NCBI GenBank assembly: GCA_009914755.4
Contig: CP086569.2
Coordinates: forward strand, 2,624,001-2,688,000
Length of the DNA: 64,000 bases
From: the human T2T-CHM13v2.0 reference genome, Homo sapiens
Reading direction: 5' to 3'
Part shown: piece by piece, positions 45,431 to 59,180 of the stretch
Layout of the letters: every line of letters starts with the position of its first letter
How positions within the stretch are numbered: position 1 is the stretch's first letter
Position numbers and translations under genes: made by a program
Notes under the pieces: generated by a model
Databases searched by the model: none
Told to the model about the DNA's origin: nothing
Seen by the model: only the letters and a program-made list of their open reading frames with translations

Positions 45431-46344
45431 GACACTCCAATGTTATTTTTAGATTTCAATCTATTTACATTTAAATTAGATTATAATAGGGGAAGGACTT
45501 ACTATTGCCATTTTGTTAATTATTTTCTGTTTAGCTTTTTTGTTCCTGCTTACGTCTTAGTGCCTTCCTTTGTGTTTAGTTTTTTTTTTTTTTTTTTGGT
45601 AGTGATTCCTTGCTAATTTCTTTTGTGTATATTCTGGATATATTATGTTTACAATATTATCATTGCAATTAAATATCTTAAAGTTTATAACATTCTATTT
45701 TAAATTGATATAACTTAACTTCAATCACATATATGTGCCTCTTTAGCTGTAACCTCCATACTTGGTTATGTTTATTCATTAGCATAAATTTATCCTTACT
45801 TTTTCTTTTTTTATTTAAGAATTATGTGGGAAACTTTTATTTTTTACTCATTTTTGAAGGATAGTTTGCCAGTACAGTTTATTTGGTTGGCAGTTTTAAA
45901 ATGTCAGCACTTTAAATGTATCATCACACTGCCTTCTGGCCTGCAATGTTTCTGTTGAGAAATTACTGATAATCTGATAACTCTTCTTGATTTTACTTGG
46001 CATGGGTGCTGTAGTTTCTCAGCTGATCTTGAGAGCTCTCATAAAGATATTCTGGTCTGCAGTTTATTCTTAACTTGGTGTCTCAGTGGTGGAATGAGGG
46101 CCTGGAGAGTTCTAGTATACCATCTTATGGACATCATTCTTTGCTGTTACTTGAGATTTTAGGCAGGCATAATTCATTTGCCAATATTTTTCCTACCAAT
46201 AAGCCCAGCGATCTGATTTAATAAGTCCTTAAAGTTAAGGACTTTATTCTGATGCACTCTCAAGTTTGTGAATCTTTGCTAAAGAGCGCTTGAAGGAAGT
46301 TACAAAATAATTATGCAACGTATTGTGTTTTATGTGAAAAATTA

Positions 46345-46735
<391 letters not shown>

Positions 46736-47492
46736 TCATATTCATACTTTTATGTAAGCTTTTTACAGGGCAAGTTTTCATTCAATAAGTATACTTTTTA
46801 ATGCACATGTAAATAATGTGCATTTCATAAATCTTGTATGGTCTCCCATGAGTTAAATTCTTCAAAGGTAAATAAAATTCAGAAGCAGAGTCAGCAAGCA
46901 AAACTCAAAAGGCTGGAAAAGATGTGGCGTGAGTAACTGCATGAGTATTTTGTTTTTTAAAATTAACTGCCCCAGGGGTAGTTAATGTAAATCATGTTAG
47001 AAATACAGTTTTTCCATACTCAGTAGCTATTAGGTAGTCAAAATTAAGTTGGCCTCATGGATTTTGTTTTATTATACATATATTTTTGCTCATAAAATTT
47101 TGTTTAATATATTATTCCTGTTTTGTTTTGATATCTGCTTTTATTTCTAAATAAATTTCTACCTTATTTTAAGGTACGTGTTTGAATATTGGTAGACAAC
47201 AGATGACATGACATGTATATATATGTTTCTGTGTATGTATGTCCATATATATATGTTTGGGGATTCATGTATTCATGCATGGATATACACAAGAAATACA
47301 TACAGACAAAAGCTGCTTAATCCCCAATATACTACCAGCTGGAAATGTTGCAGCTCTTTGAGTAGCTTGGCATTTCTGCTACCAGTGAAGTATTATCACT
47401 GTTGCCTGGAGGTATGACATCTATACCTACTCAGATTTTAAAACCATTTTTGTATCCTATGAGGTTGAAATACTTTGTAAATTATTGAAGTT

Positions 47493-47725
47493 TGAGGTCA
47501 CAGGCTGGAGTACAGTGGAGTGATCACAGCTCACTGTAGCCTTGACCTCCCAGGTTCAAGAGATCCTCTCACCTCAGCCTAGCTGCTTATGTTGGCTAAT
47601 TTATTATTATTTTTAAGAATTTTTTTGTAGAAATGGGGGTCTCACTATGTTTCTCAGGCTGGTCTCAAGCTATCCTCCTGCCTCTGCCTTGCAAAGTGGT
47701 GGGATTACAGATGTGAGCCACCACA
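47493..47725 (-). mobile_element. Alu fragment (diverged)
   Basis: caggctggagtacagtggagtgatcacagctcactgtagccttgacctcccaggttcaagagatcctctcacctcagcc...gggattacagatgtgagccaccac. Confidence 0.65.
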
Positions 47726-48479
47726 AAAGCTGTTTTTCTTTATTTTTATTTATTTTTTCCTGTCAACTGAAAGTCAGCTTATGGTAAATACATAGGTTTT
47801 TATTCTGTTCCCTTGGTCAGTGTGTCTGTTTATATGCTGTGTCATGCTGCTTTGATTAATATAGTTTGTAATATATTTTGGGTTCTTTTTTTGGTGTTTT
47901 CTCATTAAACTTTGTTTTAATGGTTCTCAAAATGCTGTGACAGATTTTTATTCAAGTTGTTTCAATTAAATAGTACTGGTTTTTAAACCCAGTAACTGAA
48001 AACTGCCATATGCAAAAAAAAAAAAAAAAAATTCAGTGACGAACAAACAACACTCTCCCTACCAGTGACCCATAATACACTCTACTTTCCTTCTCAAGTT
48101 TTATGATGCATTATTTTCATTAATGATTCTTTCATTATTAAACTTAAATGGCCAATTGAAACAAACAGTTCTGAGACTATTCTTCCACCACTGATTAAAA
48201 CTGGGGTAGCAGGTATTAAGGATAACATTCATTTAGCCTTCTGAGACTTTTGGGAAGAACTGAGGACCTTGCCAGCTCCAGCAGCCCTCTTGTCCACTGC
48301 TTTGATGATATACACATCAACTGTCTGTCTCATATCATGAACAGCAAAATGACCCAGAGGATAGTTAGAATAAGTCCACATTCACAGGGGCTTGTCAGGA
48401 ACCCTATCAAGAATGGCAGCATCGCCAGACTTCAATATATATAAGATCATATCATCAGTGAATAGAGATAGTTTCACTT

Positions 48480-49700
48480 ATTTCTTTCCAATTTAGATGA
48501 CATTTATTTATTTTTACCTGATTGCTCTGGCTATCACTTCCCGTACTGTAGTGAATAAGAGTGGTGAGAGTAGACGTCCTTGTCTCATTCCTGATCTTTG
48601 GGGAAAAGCTTCTGAGTATAATGTGGCTGCAAGTTAGTAATATATATGGCCTTTATTGTGTTGAGTTACATTCCTAATTTGTTGAGATTTTTATTATAAA
48701 AAGATGTGGAATTTTGTCAAAGCCTGTCTGCATCTATTGAGATGATCATATGGTTTTGTCCTTCATTCTGTTAATGTTATATATTGCATATATTCATGTG
48801 TATATATTAAACCATTCTTGCATCCCAGGGATAAATCTCAATTGATCATGGCAAATGTTCTTTTAACATGCTGTCTTTTAGTCTGCTAGCATTTGTTTGA
48901 GACAGTTTGCATCTATGTTTATCAGGAATATTGGCCTATATTTTCTTTCCTTGTGATATTCTTGTTTGGCTTGGGTTTAGGGTAATTCTAGCCTTAGAAA
49001 ATAAGTTTGGAAGTATTGCATCTCCTTTAACTTTCTGGACGGGGTTGGCAAGGGATTGGCATTAGTTTTTCTTAAATTATGTGGTAGAATTCACCCAGAA
49101 GCCATCAAATCTTGGGATTTGCTTTGATGAAAGACTTTCTTGTTTTTTGAGACAGGGTCTTGCTCTGTCACCCACATTGGAGTGAAGTGGTGAGATCACT
49201 GCTCACCACAACCTTGATCATGGGAAAGTGTTTATTACTGATTCAGTTTCCTTACTAATAATTTGGTTTGTTCATTTTTTATTTCTTCATGTTCACCTTT
49301 GATAGGTTTTATATTTCTATGAATTTATTCATTTCTTCTATGTTACCTCATTGTTTGGTATAAAATTTTTGGTTTGTAATAGTTTCATAATCTTTGTACC
49401 TTTGTGATATAAGATGTAATGTCCCCTCTTATTTCTGGTTTTATTTATTTTAGTCTTCTTTCATTTTTTTCTTAGTGTAAAGATTTATCAAATTTGCTTA
49501 TTTTTCACTAAGTTAAATCTCAGTTTTGTTAATCTTTTAAAATGTTTTTCTAGTCCTATTTTATTTCTTTTCTCATCTTTCTGCTCTTCTGCTAACTTTT
49601 GGCTTAGATTGTTCTTTTCTAATTTCTTGAGGTAAAACAGTAGGTTCTTATTTGAGATCTTCCTTCTTTTATGATGCAGGTTATCCTTCCTTACACATGA
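48480..49700 (-). mobile_element. old L1 ORF2-derived fragment (antisense), interrupted near 49146-49220 by a small Alu fragment
   Basis: segments such as gcctgtctgcatctattgagatgatcatatggttttgtccttcattctgttaatgttatatattgcatatattcatgtgtatatattaaaccattcttgcatcccagggataaatctcaattgatcatggcaaatg are the reverse complement of L1 ORF2 coding sequence. Confidence 0.7.
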
Positions 49701-50350
49701 TCTAACAATTCCAGTTCTGGGTATTTATCCAAGGAAATTGAAATCAGCATGTGGAAGAGTTATCTGCACTTCCATGTTCACTGCAGTCATTATTCATAAT
49801 AGCCAAGATATAAAATCAACTTAAATGTCCATTAACAAATAAAGGAATACAGAAAATGTGGTGTATCTACACAAGGAAATACGATTAAGCCTTTAACAAA
49901 AGGAACTTCTGGCATTTGTGACAGCATAAATAAACCTACTAGCTATTATATTAAGAGAAATAAGGTAGGTACAGAAAGACAAATACTGCATATATTCACT
50001 TATATGTGGAAATATTAAAAATTGAACTTATCAAAGCAGAGAATATAATGGCCTTGGGGTAGGAGCATATAGGCAATGGGCAGACATTGGTCAAGGGCAC
50101 AAAGTATTACTTAGATAAGAGAAATAAGTAATACATTTTATACTATGATAACTGTAGTTAATAATAATGTATACCTTAAAATTGCTAAAAGTAGGTTTTA
50201 AATGTTCTCATAAAAAGAGTAAGTGTGTGAGGTAATGGATATGTTAATAAGCTTAATTTTTCTACAACATACACATGTATGAGAACGTCATTTTGTACTC
50301 CATTAATATACATTTATAACTTGTCAAGAAAAGCTTTATAGATCTACTGC
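49690..50350 (+). mobile_element. old L1 3'-end fragment (sense orientation), adjacent and inverted relative to 48480-49700
   Basis: ccagttctgggtatttatccaaggaaattgaaatcagcatgtggaagagttatctgcacttccatgttcactgcagtcattattcataatagccaagatataaaatcaacttaaatgtccattaacaaataaaggaatacagaaaatgtggtgtatctacacaaggaaatac... matches L1 ORF2 C-terminus / 3'UTR. Confidence 0.7.
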
Positions 50351-50547
50351 AGAACAGTGTGAATACAGTTAACACTAGTGAACTGTAAACTTAGAAATTA
50401 GTAAAATGTTAAATTGTTTCCCACACTTACAAATACTACAAAGAATTTAATTTTTCTTTAATTATTCAGTGAGTGAAAACTTTCCTCAATTGGACTAGAA
50501 AGTTGGAATTATTTCTATGAAGTAGTTTTAGGTCCAGTAATGTTTAA

Positions 50548-52120
50548 ATCCTGGTGTGTCCGGAATTGGTGGGTTCCTGGTCTCACTGACTTCAAGAATG
50601 AAGCCGCGGACCCTCAGTGTTATAGCTCTTAAGGTGGCGCATCTGGAGTCTGTCCCTTCTGATGTTCAGATGTGTTTGGAGTTTCTTCTTTCTGGTGGGT
50701 TTGTGGTCTCGCTGGCTCAGGAGTGAAGCTGCAGACCTCCGCGGTGAGTGTTACAGCTCTTAAGGTAGCGCCTCTGGAGTTGTTCCTTCCTCCCGGTGGG
50801 CTCTTGGTCTCGCTGGGCTCAGGAGTGAAGCTGCAGATCTTCGCGGTGAGTGTTACAGCTCATAAATGCAGTGTGGACCCGAAGAGTGAGCAGTAGCAAG
50901 CTTTATTGCAAAGAACGAAAAAACAAAGCTTCCACACAGTGGAGAGGGACCCTACCAGGTTGCCAATGCTGGCTCGCCAATGCTGGCTCGGGCAGCCTGC
51001 TTTTATTCTCTTATCTGGCCCCACCCGCATCCTGCTGATTGGTAGAGCCGAGTGGCCTGTTTTGTCAGGGTGCTGATTGGTGCGTTTACAATCCTTGAGC
51101 TAGAAACAGAGTGCTGATTGGTGTATTTATAATCCCTGAGCTAGATATAAAGGTTCTCCAAGGCCCCACCAGAGCCGCTAGATACAGAGTGTGGATTGGT
51201 GCACTCACAAACCTTGAGCTAAACACAGGGTGCTGATTGGTGTGTTTACAAACCTTGAGCTAGATACAGAGTGCCGATTGGTGTATTTACAATCCTTGAG
51301 CTAGATATAAAGGTTCTCAACGTCCTCACCAGAGCAGCTAGATACAGAGTGTCGATTGGTGCACTCACAAACCTTGAGCTAAACACAGGGTCCTGATTGG
51401 TGTATTTACAATCCCTGAGCTAGATATAAAGACTCTCCACGTCTCCACCAGACTCAGGAGCCCAGCTGGCTTCACCTAGTGGATCCCGCACCGGGGCTGC
51501 AGGTGGAGCTGCCTGCCAGTCCCGTGCCGTGCGCTCGCATTGCTCAGCCCTTGGGTGGTCGATGGGACTGGGTGCCGTGGAGCAGGGGGTGGTGCTCGTC
51601 CGGGAGGCTCTGGCCGCACAGGAGCTCATGGAGTGGGTGGGAGGCTCAGGCATGGCGGGCTGCAGGTCCCGAGCCCTGCCCCGCGGGAAGGCAGCTAAGG
51701 CCCGGTGAGAAATCGAGCGCAGCGCCGGTGGGCTGGCACTGCTGGGGGACCCAGTACACCCTCCGCAGCCACTGGCCCGGGTGCTAAGTTCCCCACTGCC
51801 CGGGGCCAGCAGGGCTGGCTGGCTGCTCCGAGTGCGGGGCCCACAAAGTCCATGCCCACCCGGAACTCCAGCTGGCACGCAAGCACCGCACGCAGCCCCG
51901 GTTCCCACTCGCGCCTCTCCCTCCACACCTCCCTGCAAGCTGAGGGAGTGGGCTCTGGCCTTGGCCAGCCCAGAAAGGGGCTCCCACAGTGCAGTGGGGG
52001 GACTGAAGGGCTCCTCAAATGCCACCAAAGTGGGAGCCCAGGCAGGGGAGGTGCCGAGAGCAAGTGAGGGCTCTGAGGACTGCCAGCGCGCTGTTACCTC
52101 TCACTGGCACACAGGATTCT
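50548..52120 (+). mobile_element. LTR12-family (HERV9-type) LTR, apparently solo; tandem ~100-bp units at 50560-50880; CCAAT-box (gattgg) tandem array at 51065-51450; GC-rich U5-like segment 51450-52100
   Basis: tgtgtccggaattggtgggttcctggtctcactgacttcaagaatgaagccgcggaccctc...gtgctgattggtgcgtttacaatccttgagctagaaacagagtgctgattggtgtatttataatccctgagctagatataaaggttctccaaggccccaccagag...cccagctggcttcacctagtggatcccgcaccggggctgcaggtggagctgcctgccagtcccgtgccgtgcgctcgc matches my recollection of the LTR12 consensus; boundaries are approximate. Confidence 0.8.
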
Positions 52121-52809
52121 GCAGAGGTAGTTTAAACAGGGTTCAGTACAATGAAACCGTAAGGTGGTCGTGGATAGTTATAGCATGATGGGAGAAAATA
52201 ATCCTACATGTGCACACCTAGCCATATCAGCTGCCTTTTTTTTCTTGGTTCATTATTTTTTTCATACTCTTTTTTTTAGTTAGCAGCAGGCTTTTGATCA
52301 CTTTGGCATATTAGATTTGTGGATAGTATTCATTTGAAAATGTATAATGTGGGAAAAAGGTATAAACATGAATACTCTTCAGTATGTTGTTTTATAAATA
52401 TGAGAATTGAGGCTGCCAGTTAAAGTCACATAGTGGTTGATATTGTAGTAAAGCCACATTCTTTATTTCCCCCAACTTTGGACCTTCTCACCGATTATTT
52501 TTATCTGACACTTAGAAGCAAATTACTTTACGTCGACAATATTACACATGTATACCGTGAAAGCTGTCAGATTAAAAATGGAGTCCCTAATGTTAAAAAA
52601 AAATTCCTAACAAATGGAGCCAGGAAAGGCCAGGAATATAGGTACTTGTATGCCTGATAGCAAAGAAGACTCTACAAAACTCTACAACCTTGCACAATGT
52701 CCATCACAAACTATTAGTCCATTTAAGTGGTCTTATTTAAACTAATTTCAAGCCCGTTTAAACTACTATGCAGAATTCTGGATACCAGGATTTAAAGGTT
52801 ATTGGACCA

Positions 52810-53240
52810 AGTGATTGTTAGTATCACTATTAGTCTGTTCTCATATTGCTATAAAGAAATGTCTGAGACTGGGTAATTTATAAAGAACAGAGGTTTAATT
52901 GGTTCACAGTTCTCCAGGCTGCACAGGAAGCATGGAAACATGTGCTTCTGGGGAGGCCTCAGGGAGCTTTAACTCATGGCAGAAGGCAAAGCAGATACAA
53001 GTGTCTCACATGGCTGGAGCAGGATCCAGAGAGAGAGGGGAAAGTGGCACACACTTTTAAACAACCATATCACAGGAGAGCTCACTATCAGAATGACAGC
53101 ACCAAAGGGGGATTGTGAGCAACTGCCCCCATGATCCAATCACCCCCAAAAAGGGCCCTTGCTTCAATACTGAAGATTTCAATTCAGTGTGAGATTTGGG
53201 TGGGAACACAGATCGGAACCATATCACAAACTTACAAAAA
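52810..53240 (-). mobile_element. MaLR LTR (THE1/MST-like), antisense
   Basis: ttataaagaacagaggtttaattggttcacagttctccaggctgcacaggaagcatggaaacatgtgcttctggggaggcctcagggagctttaactcatggcagaaggcaaagcag...gatccaatcaccc...tgagatttgggtgggaacacag is the reverse complement of canonical THE1/MST LTR motifs. Confidence 0.75.
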
Positions 53241-54011
53241 AAATTTCCACAAAAAAATTTCCACAAGACATCTGCCAACAACTGCCTATTCAACCTCAGA
53301 CTAGCATTATGTTTGTTACTTTTCTTTCTGACTTACCCACACACCTGTGTTACTGATCTTTGTAGCCAGGGATAGTTATTTCATAACAGTTATGTAATCC
53401 TCCTCATTTACTACTTTAAAGCTCCTTTGTCTTCCTTTACTGCTCTGAATGTGCACCTAGTTTACTATAGCTTGTGCATTGCTTGCAATTTTCCTTTTCC
53501 AAATAAACACCTTTTCTTTTAAAGAGTCTCTGTGTTTGTTTTTTTAGGTTTACACTACAATATGTTGCGTTTTAGATCATTGGTAAATAGTACACAGAAA
53601 TTCTGCAAAAAAGGAAAAGTTGAATTTGAACTCCTGGCTTCAAGTGATCCGTCTGCCTTGGCCTCCGAAAGTGCTGGGATTACAGTGTGAGCCACTGTGC
53701 CAGAGGTGCCTATCTAAATTGCTGCTATTTAACAGCGTACTGGAAATTTAAGGCAGGTCAATTGGCAAGGAAAAAATAACAGGCATCTAAATTGTAAAAG
53801 ATTAATGAAATCATCTTAATTTGCTAATGACGTAAACCTTTATGTTGAAAACATAAAGATTACACAAAAAAATACACAAACTGTTAGACATTCAGTACAT
53901 ACAAATAAGTCATATTTTCATATATTGGCACTGAATAATCTGAAAAGGAAATTAAGAAAATAATCCTATTTAAAATAGAATCCAAAAGAATAAAATACTT
54001 CAGAATATCTT

Positions 54012-54300
<289 letters not shown>

Positions 54301-54369
54301 CAAAATAAAAAATATGTAAGCTGGACAAAATTAGAAACTTCTGAATACCTAAAAACACTACCAACAGAG

Positions 54370-55260
54370 TGAAAAGGCAATCCACAAATAGGGAAAATAT
54401 CTGTCAATCATATATCTGATAAGAAACTAATATCCAGAATATATAAATAACTCCTACAACTCAACAAGAAAAACCAATTAAAAATAGGCTAAGGGTTTGA
54501 ATGGACATTTCTCACCAAAGAAGATATACAAATCATCAATAAGCACATGAAAAGATTCTCAACATCATTGTCCATTAGGGAAATGCAGATTAAAGCTACA
54601 ACGAGATACCATTTCATACAAATTAATACTTACTTTTAAGAGCAAATAAGTGTTGGGAAAAATGTGGAGAAAATGGATATTATGAATTGCTAGTGAAAGT
54701 ACAAAATGGTGCAGCTGATGTGGAAAATGATTCAGCAATTCCAAGATTACATATATACCCCAAATAATTGAAAGCCTGGCTCACAGATATTTGGACATAA
54801 ATATTTATGGCAAGAGTATGCACAACTGCAAAAGGTGGAAACAATTCACATTTCCATTAAGAGATGAACGGATAAACAAAATATGAAATATACTTAAAAT
54901 GGAATGTTATTCAGCCTTAAAATAGAATACAATTCTGACATATGCTACAACTGGACTTACAGTAAAAACAGTGTTAAGTAAAATAAGCCAGACATAAAAG
55001 AACAAATACAGCATGATTCTGTCTATATGAAGTCCCTGGAATAGTCAAATTCAGGGAGACAGTATGTAGATGATGGTTGACAGGACTGTGGGGAGGGGAA
55101 AATAGGGAGAAGTTGTTTTAATAGGTATAGCATTTCTGTTTTACAAGATAAAGTTCTAGAAACAGGTTACATCAACAATGTGAAGGCATTTAAAAGTACT
55201 GAATTGTACACTTAAAAATGATTATCGTGGAAAATTTTATGTTATGAGCAGTTCATCATA
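54370..55260 (+). mobile_element. old L1 (L1M-like) ORF2 C-terminus / 3'UTR fragment, sense orientation
   Basis: aactaatatccagaatatataaataactcctacaactcaacaagaaaaaccaattaaaaataggctaagggtttgaatggacatttctcaccaaagaagatatacaaatcatcaataagcacatgaaaagattctcaacatcattgtccattagggaaatgcagattaaagctacaacgagataccatttcatacaaatt parallels the L1 ORF2 end. Confidence 0.8.
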
Positions 55261-56830
55261 ATAATAATTTAAAAAGGCCCAATTTTCTTTCTAAGTAGAT
55301 TAATGATGAAAAATACCAGGCAATGGAATTATTTAGGAGGACTCTGCTGCTATAAGAGTTTCTTGTTACTTTGTTTCTGTTTCCTAGTACTGGCTGTTAG
55401 CTTTGAGACTGACTTTTGCACTCCAACAGTTAGAATTAGTCATAATGACTTTCTGGTATCAGCTAGACACTCACCTTTAGCCTCACTTAGGGTTTCCAAG
55501 ATGAATCTGTCCATAGGTTTAGATTCACTCCCTCTGCTTCCAACTTTGTTCTGCTGGACTCTTCTACTGTGAAGGTAAAGCTTGTTGTTTCTTGCTCATG
55601 AAGCAGGAAATATAAGAAAAACAAGTAAAAAGAAAAACAAGTCCTTCCCTGACCAGGCTGACTCACTCCAAAGTCCAGCTACAGCTGTGATAACATTACC
55701 TGCAAGGCCAGGTAGGGGCCCTGAAGAAATGGGTTCCAAAAACAGGGACAAGAGAAACAAGTTCTTATCAGTGTCTTCCTGAAATTCTCTACCCATGCCA
55801 TCATTCTTTGTTCTGCTTGTATAACTATTTTTGTAACTATTTCTGCAAGTTTGCAAGGATTTTGTAAGGTCCTGTTTTTCCCATCTGTGCAGGATGGCAA
55901 AGGTCACAAGACATGCCTGAGTTACAAGACCTGTCACAGTTTAACTGCGTTTGTTCTGCTTCTGTAAGCTTGCTTTCCCCACCCCACAAGTTTTGCACCA
56001 CAGGCCAACACCCTTTGGTCACATGAATAAAAGTCAAGCCCTTTCTTTGCTCATTGCTCAGCCTCTGGGTATTAATCTGCTGAGCTGGTGGCCACCTAAA
56101 TACAATCGTCCTGTTCCCCTCATTGGTCTCTCCGGTCTCCTGATTCCAGCCACATTTTGGTGAGCCAGCCAGGAGTGAAGACGACAGGTTTGCTGTCTCC
56201 TTTGCCTGTGGGTCTGGGGCCCCAGCCTGGGGGAGACCCGTGACTCCAGGCATGCTATCAGGACAACTTCAACCCGAGGGGAGATCAGCTCTCCCGCAAC
56301 CTGGTGCCGCTCTCTGACAGCACAACAGAACCTAAGGGGCTACAGGATGATTCAAGGAACAGTGTGCTACAGGACCTCGGTAAGGTTTGGGCCCGAGGCA
56401 AGACCTGTCCCATGACAGAAGGGGAGCCTCATCACCTCCCAGGGTATACCTAGTAATATGACCCAGGATGCAAGAGTGGCTCGCAAATTTGGAAGAAACC
56501 TACACCCCAACCAACCCAGGACACAAAAGTGGCTTGCTAAGTCAGTTAAGAAACGAAACCGGGAGTGGGGAGGTGTGTGAATGTGTGTGAAACAGACGAT
56601 TCCAAAAGGAACCAACGTGGGGAATGGTGTGTGTGGAGCCACAGGTCTCTTAGCATAGACTGTATGCTAGGGAGGTGCCCCACAGTTTAGTGATTGTGGT
56701 GGTCTGGGTTTGGGACTCAAACCCTCCTTTAAAGCTTAGCAGTGTCTGAAATACTCCTGTGAGGGAGACAGTCTAATCGGTCTGAAGTGAAAGTAAAACA
56801 GTGAGTGAATTGTGCTGTAAATGGGAGGAA

Positions 56831-58401
56831 ATGGGAGGGAAGTTGTTGAAACCCACCCCATTAGAATGCATGTTAAACAACTTTAAGAAAGATTATGTGG
56901 GGGATTATGGGATCAAGTTGACCCCCAGAGGTTGAGAACTGTCTGTGAAATAGAGTGGTCCTCTTTCAGTATTGGATGGCCGGCCGAAGGAACTATAGAT
57001 GGGGAAATAATTGGCTGTGTATTTAAGGTGGTGACTGAGGTCGGAGGACAGCCTGGACTTCCAGGCCAATTTCCTTATATTGACTCACGGCTGAATATAA
57101 TTCAAACTCGACCTGTATGGCTAGAGCCCTGCCTGGCAGCTTATTGCAGAACACTGGTAGCTCGAGCTGAGCCAAAAGTGAAAGAGAATTCAGCTTTACT
57201 GTCAGCTACAAACAGAAAGGAAAAACCACAAGAAAAACCAGTTTTGCAGGAACCACCAGCGGAAATAGAAACCCCTCTCCCCTATGCACCAATCTATCCA
57301 CCTTTACCAAGCCTGGCCCAATAGCAGCCAGACTCAGATGATGATACACCTCAGGCTAACCCCAAAGTGTGAAATCTGAGCCCTTGCCCCAGGAGGTCAA
57401 GGAGGAAGGTCAAAATGATCAAGCAGGCCGCCTTTAATCTGGCTGCAAGAGCTTTGCAGATGCCTCTCTGAGAAACTTGGGGACCCATGTATTATGATGA
57501 ACAGGGCCAGGTCCAAGGGTGGGCAACCAACTTTCATTTATCACCCTTTTTCAACTATTGATCTCCTAAACTGGAAACACCATACTCCCTCCTACATGGA
57601 GAAGCCCCAAGCTCTCACAAAATCTGATGCAGTCTATTTTTGAGACACACAATCCAACTTGGCCAGACTGCAAACAGCTTTTCCTGATGCTGTTCAACAC
57701 CAAGGAATGCTGAAGGGTGACCTAGGTAGCCCACCAGTGGCTAGAAAACAATGCACTGGAAGGCACCCTTAATGTCCTGGCATATGCACAGGGCCAGTTC
57801 CCAGAAGCAGACCCGCACTGGGACCCAAACAAGGAAGCCCAACTACAGCAACTGCAGAGGTACCAAGAGGCACTCCTGCAAGTTTTGAGAAAAGGAGAGA
57901 AAAAGGCATTCAATATGGGAAACATTTCAGAGGTGCTTCAGAGAGCAGATGAAAGCTGTAGCCAGTTTTATGAGAGACTCTATGAGGCCTTCCAGCTTTG
58001 CAGTCCATTTGACCCTGAGGCTACTGAGAACCAGTGCATGGTAAACGCAGTGTTTGTAGGGCAAACCCAGGGAGACATCAGGCGAAAGCTGCAAAAGCTA
58101 GAGTGTTTCACTGGCATGAATGTCACTCAGGTTTTAGAAGTGGCCACCAAGGTGTACACTAACTGTGAGGAGGAGACTCAGGGAAAAGGCCAATTTGCTG
58201 GTGGCAGCACTTATGGAAAGGGGGGCGAATGTCCCAAGACGAAGTGGATGTAGGTGCGGACAAGGAAGAGGTCAAATCAGGCAAAGACCCGAGGATCAGG
58301 CAGCACTAGATAGGGACCAGTGTGTGGGGTGCAAGAAGAAAGGACACTGGAAGAATGAATGTCCAGAGGGTGATGAGGGAGAGGTGGAAGTAGGGGCCTA
58401 A
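56831..58401 (+). pseudogene. ERV gag remnant (MA, CA C-terminus, NC) broken by stops and frameshifts
   Basis: ATG at 56831 gives MGGKLLKPTPLEC...LTPRG then a stop; ORFs 56932-57324, 57885-58253 and 58165-58401 continue gag in three frames. Confidence 0.75.
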
Positions 58402-58774
58402 GGGGCCATAACTTTAAGCCTGCCACCATCCTGAATATATGGTGTTAACTCTTGATGTCCCACAGGTGGAAGAATGGAGGCTGTATGCAGAAGGGTTGTC
58501 AAAGCTGGGGCTAGATGAGCTGTATGGGTGCCTAGTAAAATTCGTAGAGTGTGGGCTGAAGATAATGCCCCTACCCTCGCTGTGAACCAGATACAAAAGA
58601 TAGTAGAACTAAAATCAGGAGAAACACTGGTTCGGTTTCGTTATTACCCACTTCCCTGAGAAGCAATACATGGCATTCAAGGGCATTTGAAGTGGCAATT
58701 AGAACACAGGATCTTGGCCCGATGACAGTCACTGTAGAACACTCTCCTTTTGCCAGTGCAGAAACTGGGGACTA

Positions 58775-59180
58775 ATGAATATAGACTGGTGCAGGACCTA
58801 CCTGTTGCAAACCAAGCCCCTGAGGATTCAGGAAGTGGAAGCTACACATAGCTTACTGGCTGCAAAGCTAAGGAAAAGTGGAGCACATGAACTGGACACT
58901 CCAGCAGCTATTAAAGAAATATTGCCAAGAAACACATCTAAGATGGGATCAGATCCTGCCCATGGTCCTCCTCTGAATCAGGTGCACTTGCACCAAACTG
59001 GGTATTCGCCCTATGAGATCTTGTTCGGCCGGCCACTCCCAATCATAGGTCAAATTAAGGGTGATCTCTGTGAGCTAGGAGAATTGTCCTTAAGAAGGCA
59101 AATGCAGGCCTTAGGGAAAGCCATGCAAGAAGTCCATGGCTGGGTATGGGAAAGAACAGCCATAGGACTAACAAGATCAG
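58775..59180 (+). pseudogene. ERV pol remnant (integrase C-terminal region) fused just downstream of the RT N-terminal motif
   Basis: ORF 58775-59302 contains ...TGYSPYEILFGRPLPIIGQIKGDLCELGELSLRRQMQALGKAMQEVHGWVWERTAI, parallel to the gammaretroviral IN C-terminus (TPYEILYGAPPPL...LQALYLVQHEVW). Confidence 0.7.

Noticed and set aside
51420-52190. Cluster of long overlapping ORFs on both strands (up to 202 aa), rich in A/G/P/R/S
   Set aside because: They lie in the GC-rich U5-like part of the LTR12 element. ORFs are open in every frame at once, there is no start-context or domain signal, and the composition is low-complexity. This is the typical GC-rich non-coding artefact.
56159-56176. Attempt to assign the ERV primer-binding site (tggtgagccagccaggag) to a specific tRNA and thereby name the HERV family
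   Set aside because: I cannot match this 18-mer to a tRNA 3' end from memory with confidence, and the LTR does not match the LTR7, LTR17 or LTR12 sequences I can recall. The family is left unassigned rather than guessed.
58414-58596. 60-aa minus-strand ORF and other short ORFs inside the ERV
   Set aside because: They are antisense to the retroviral gag/pol remnant; the meaningful signal is on the + strand.
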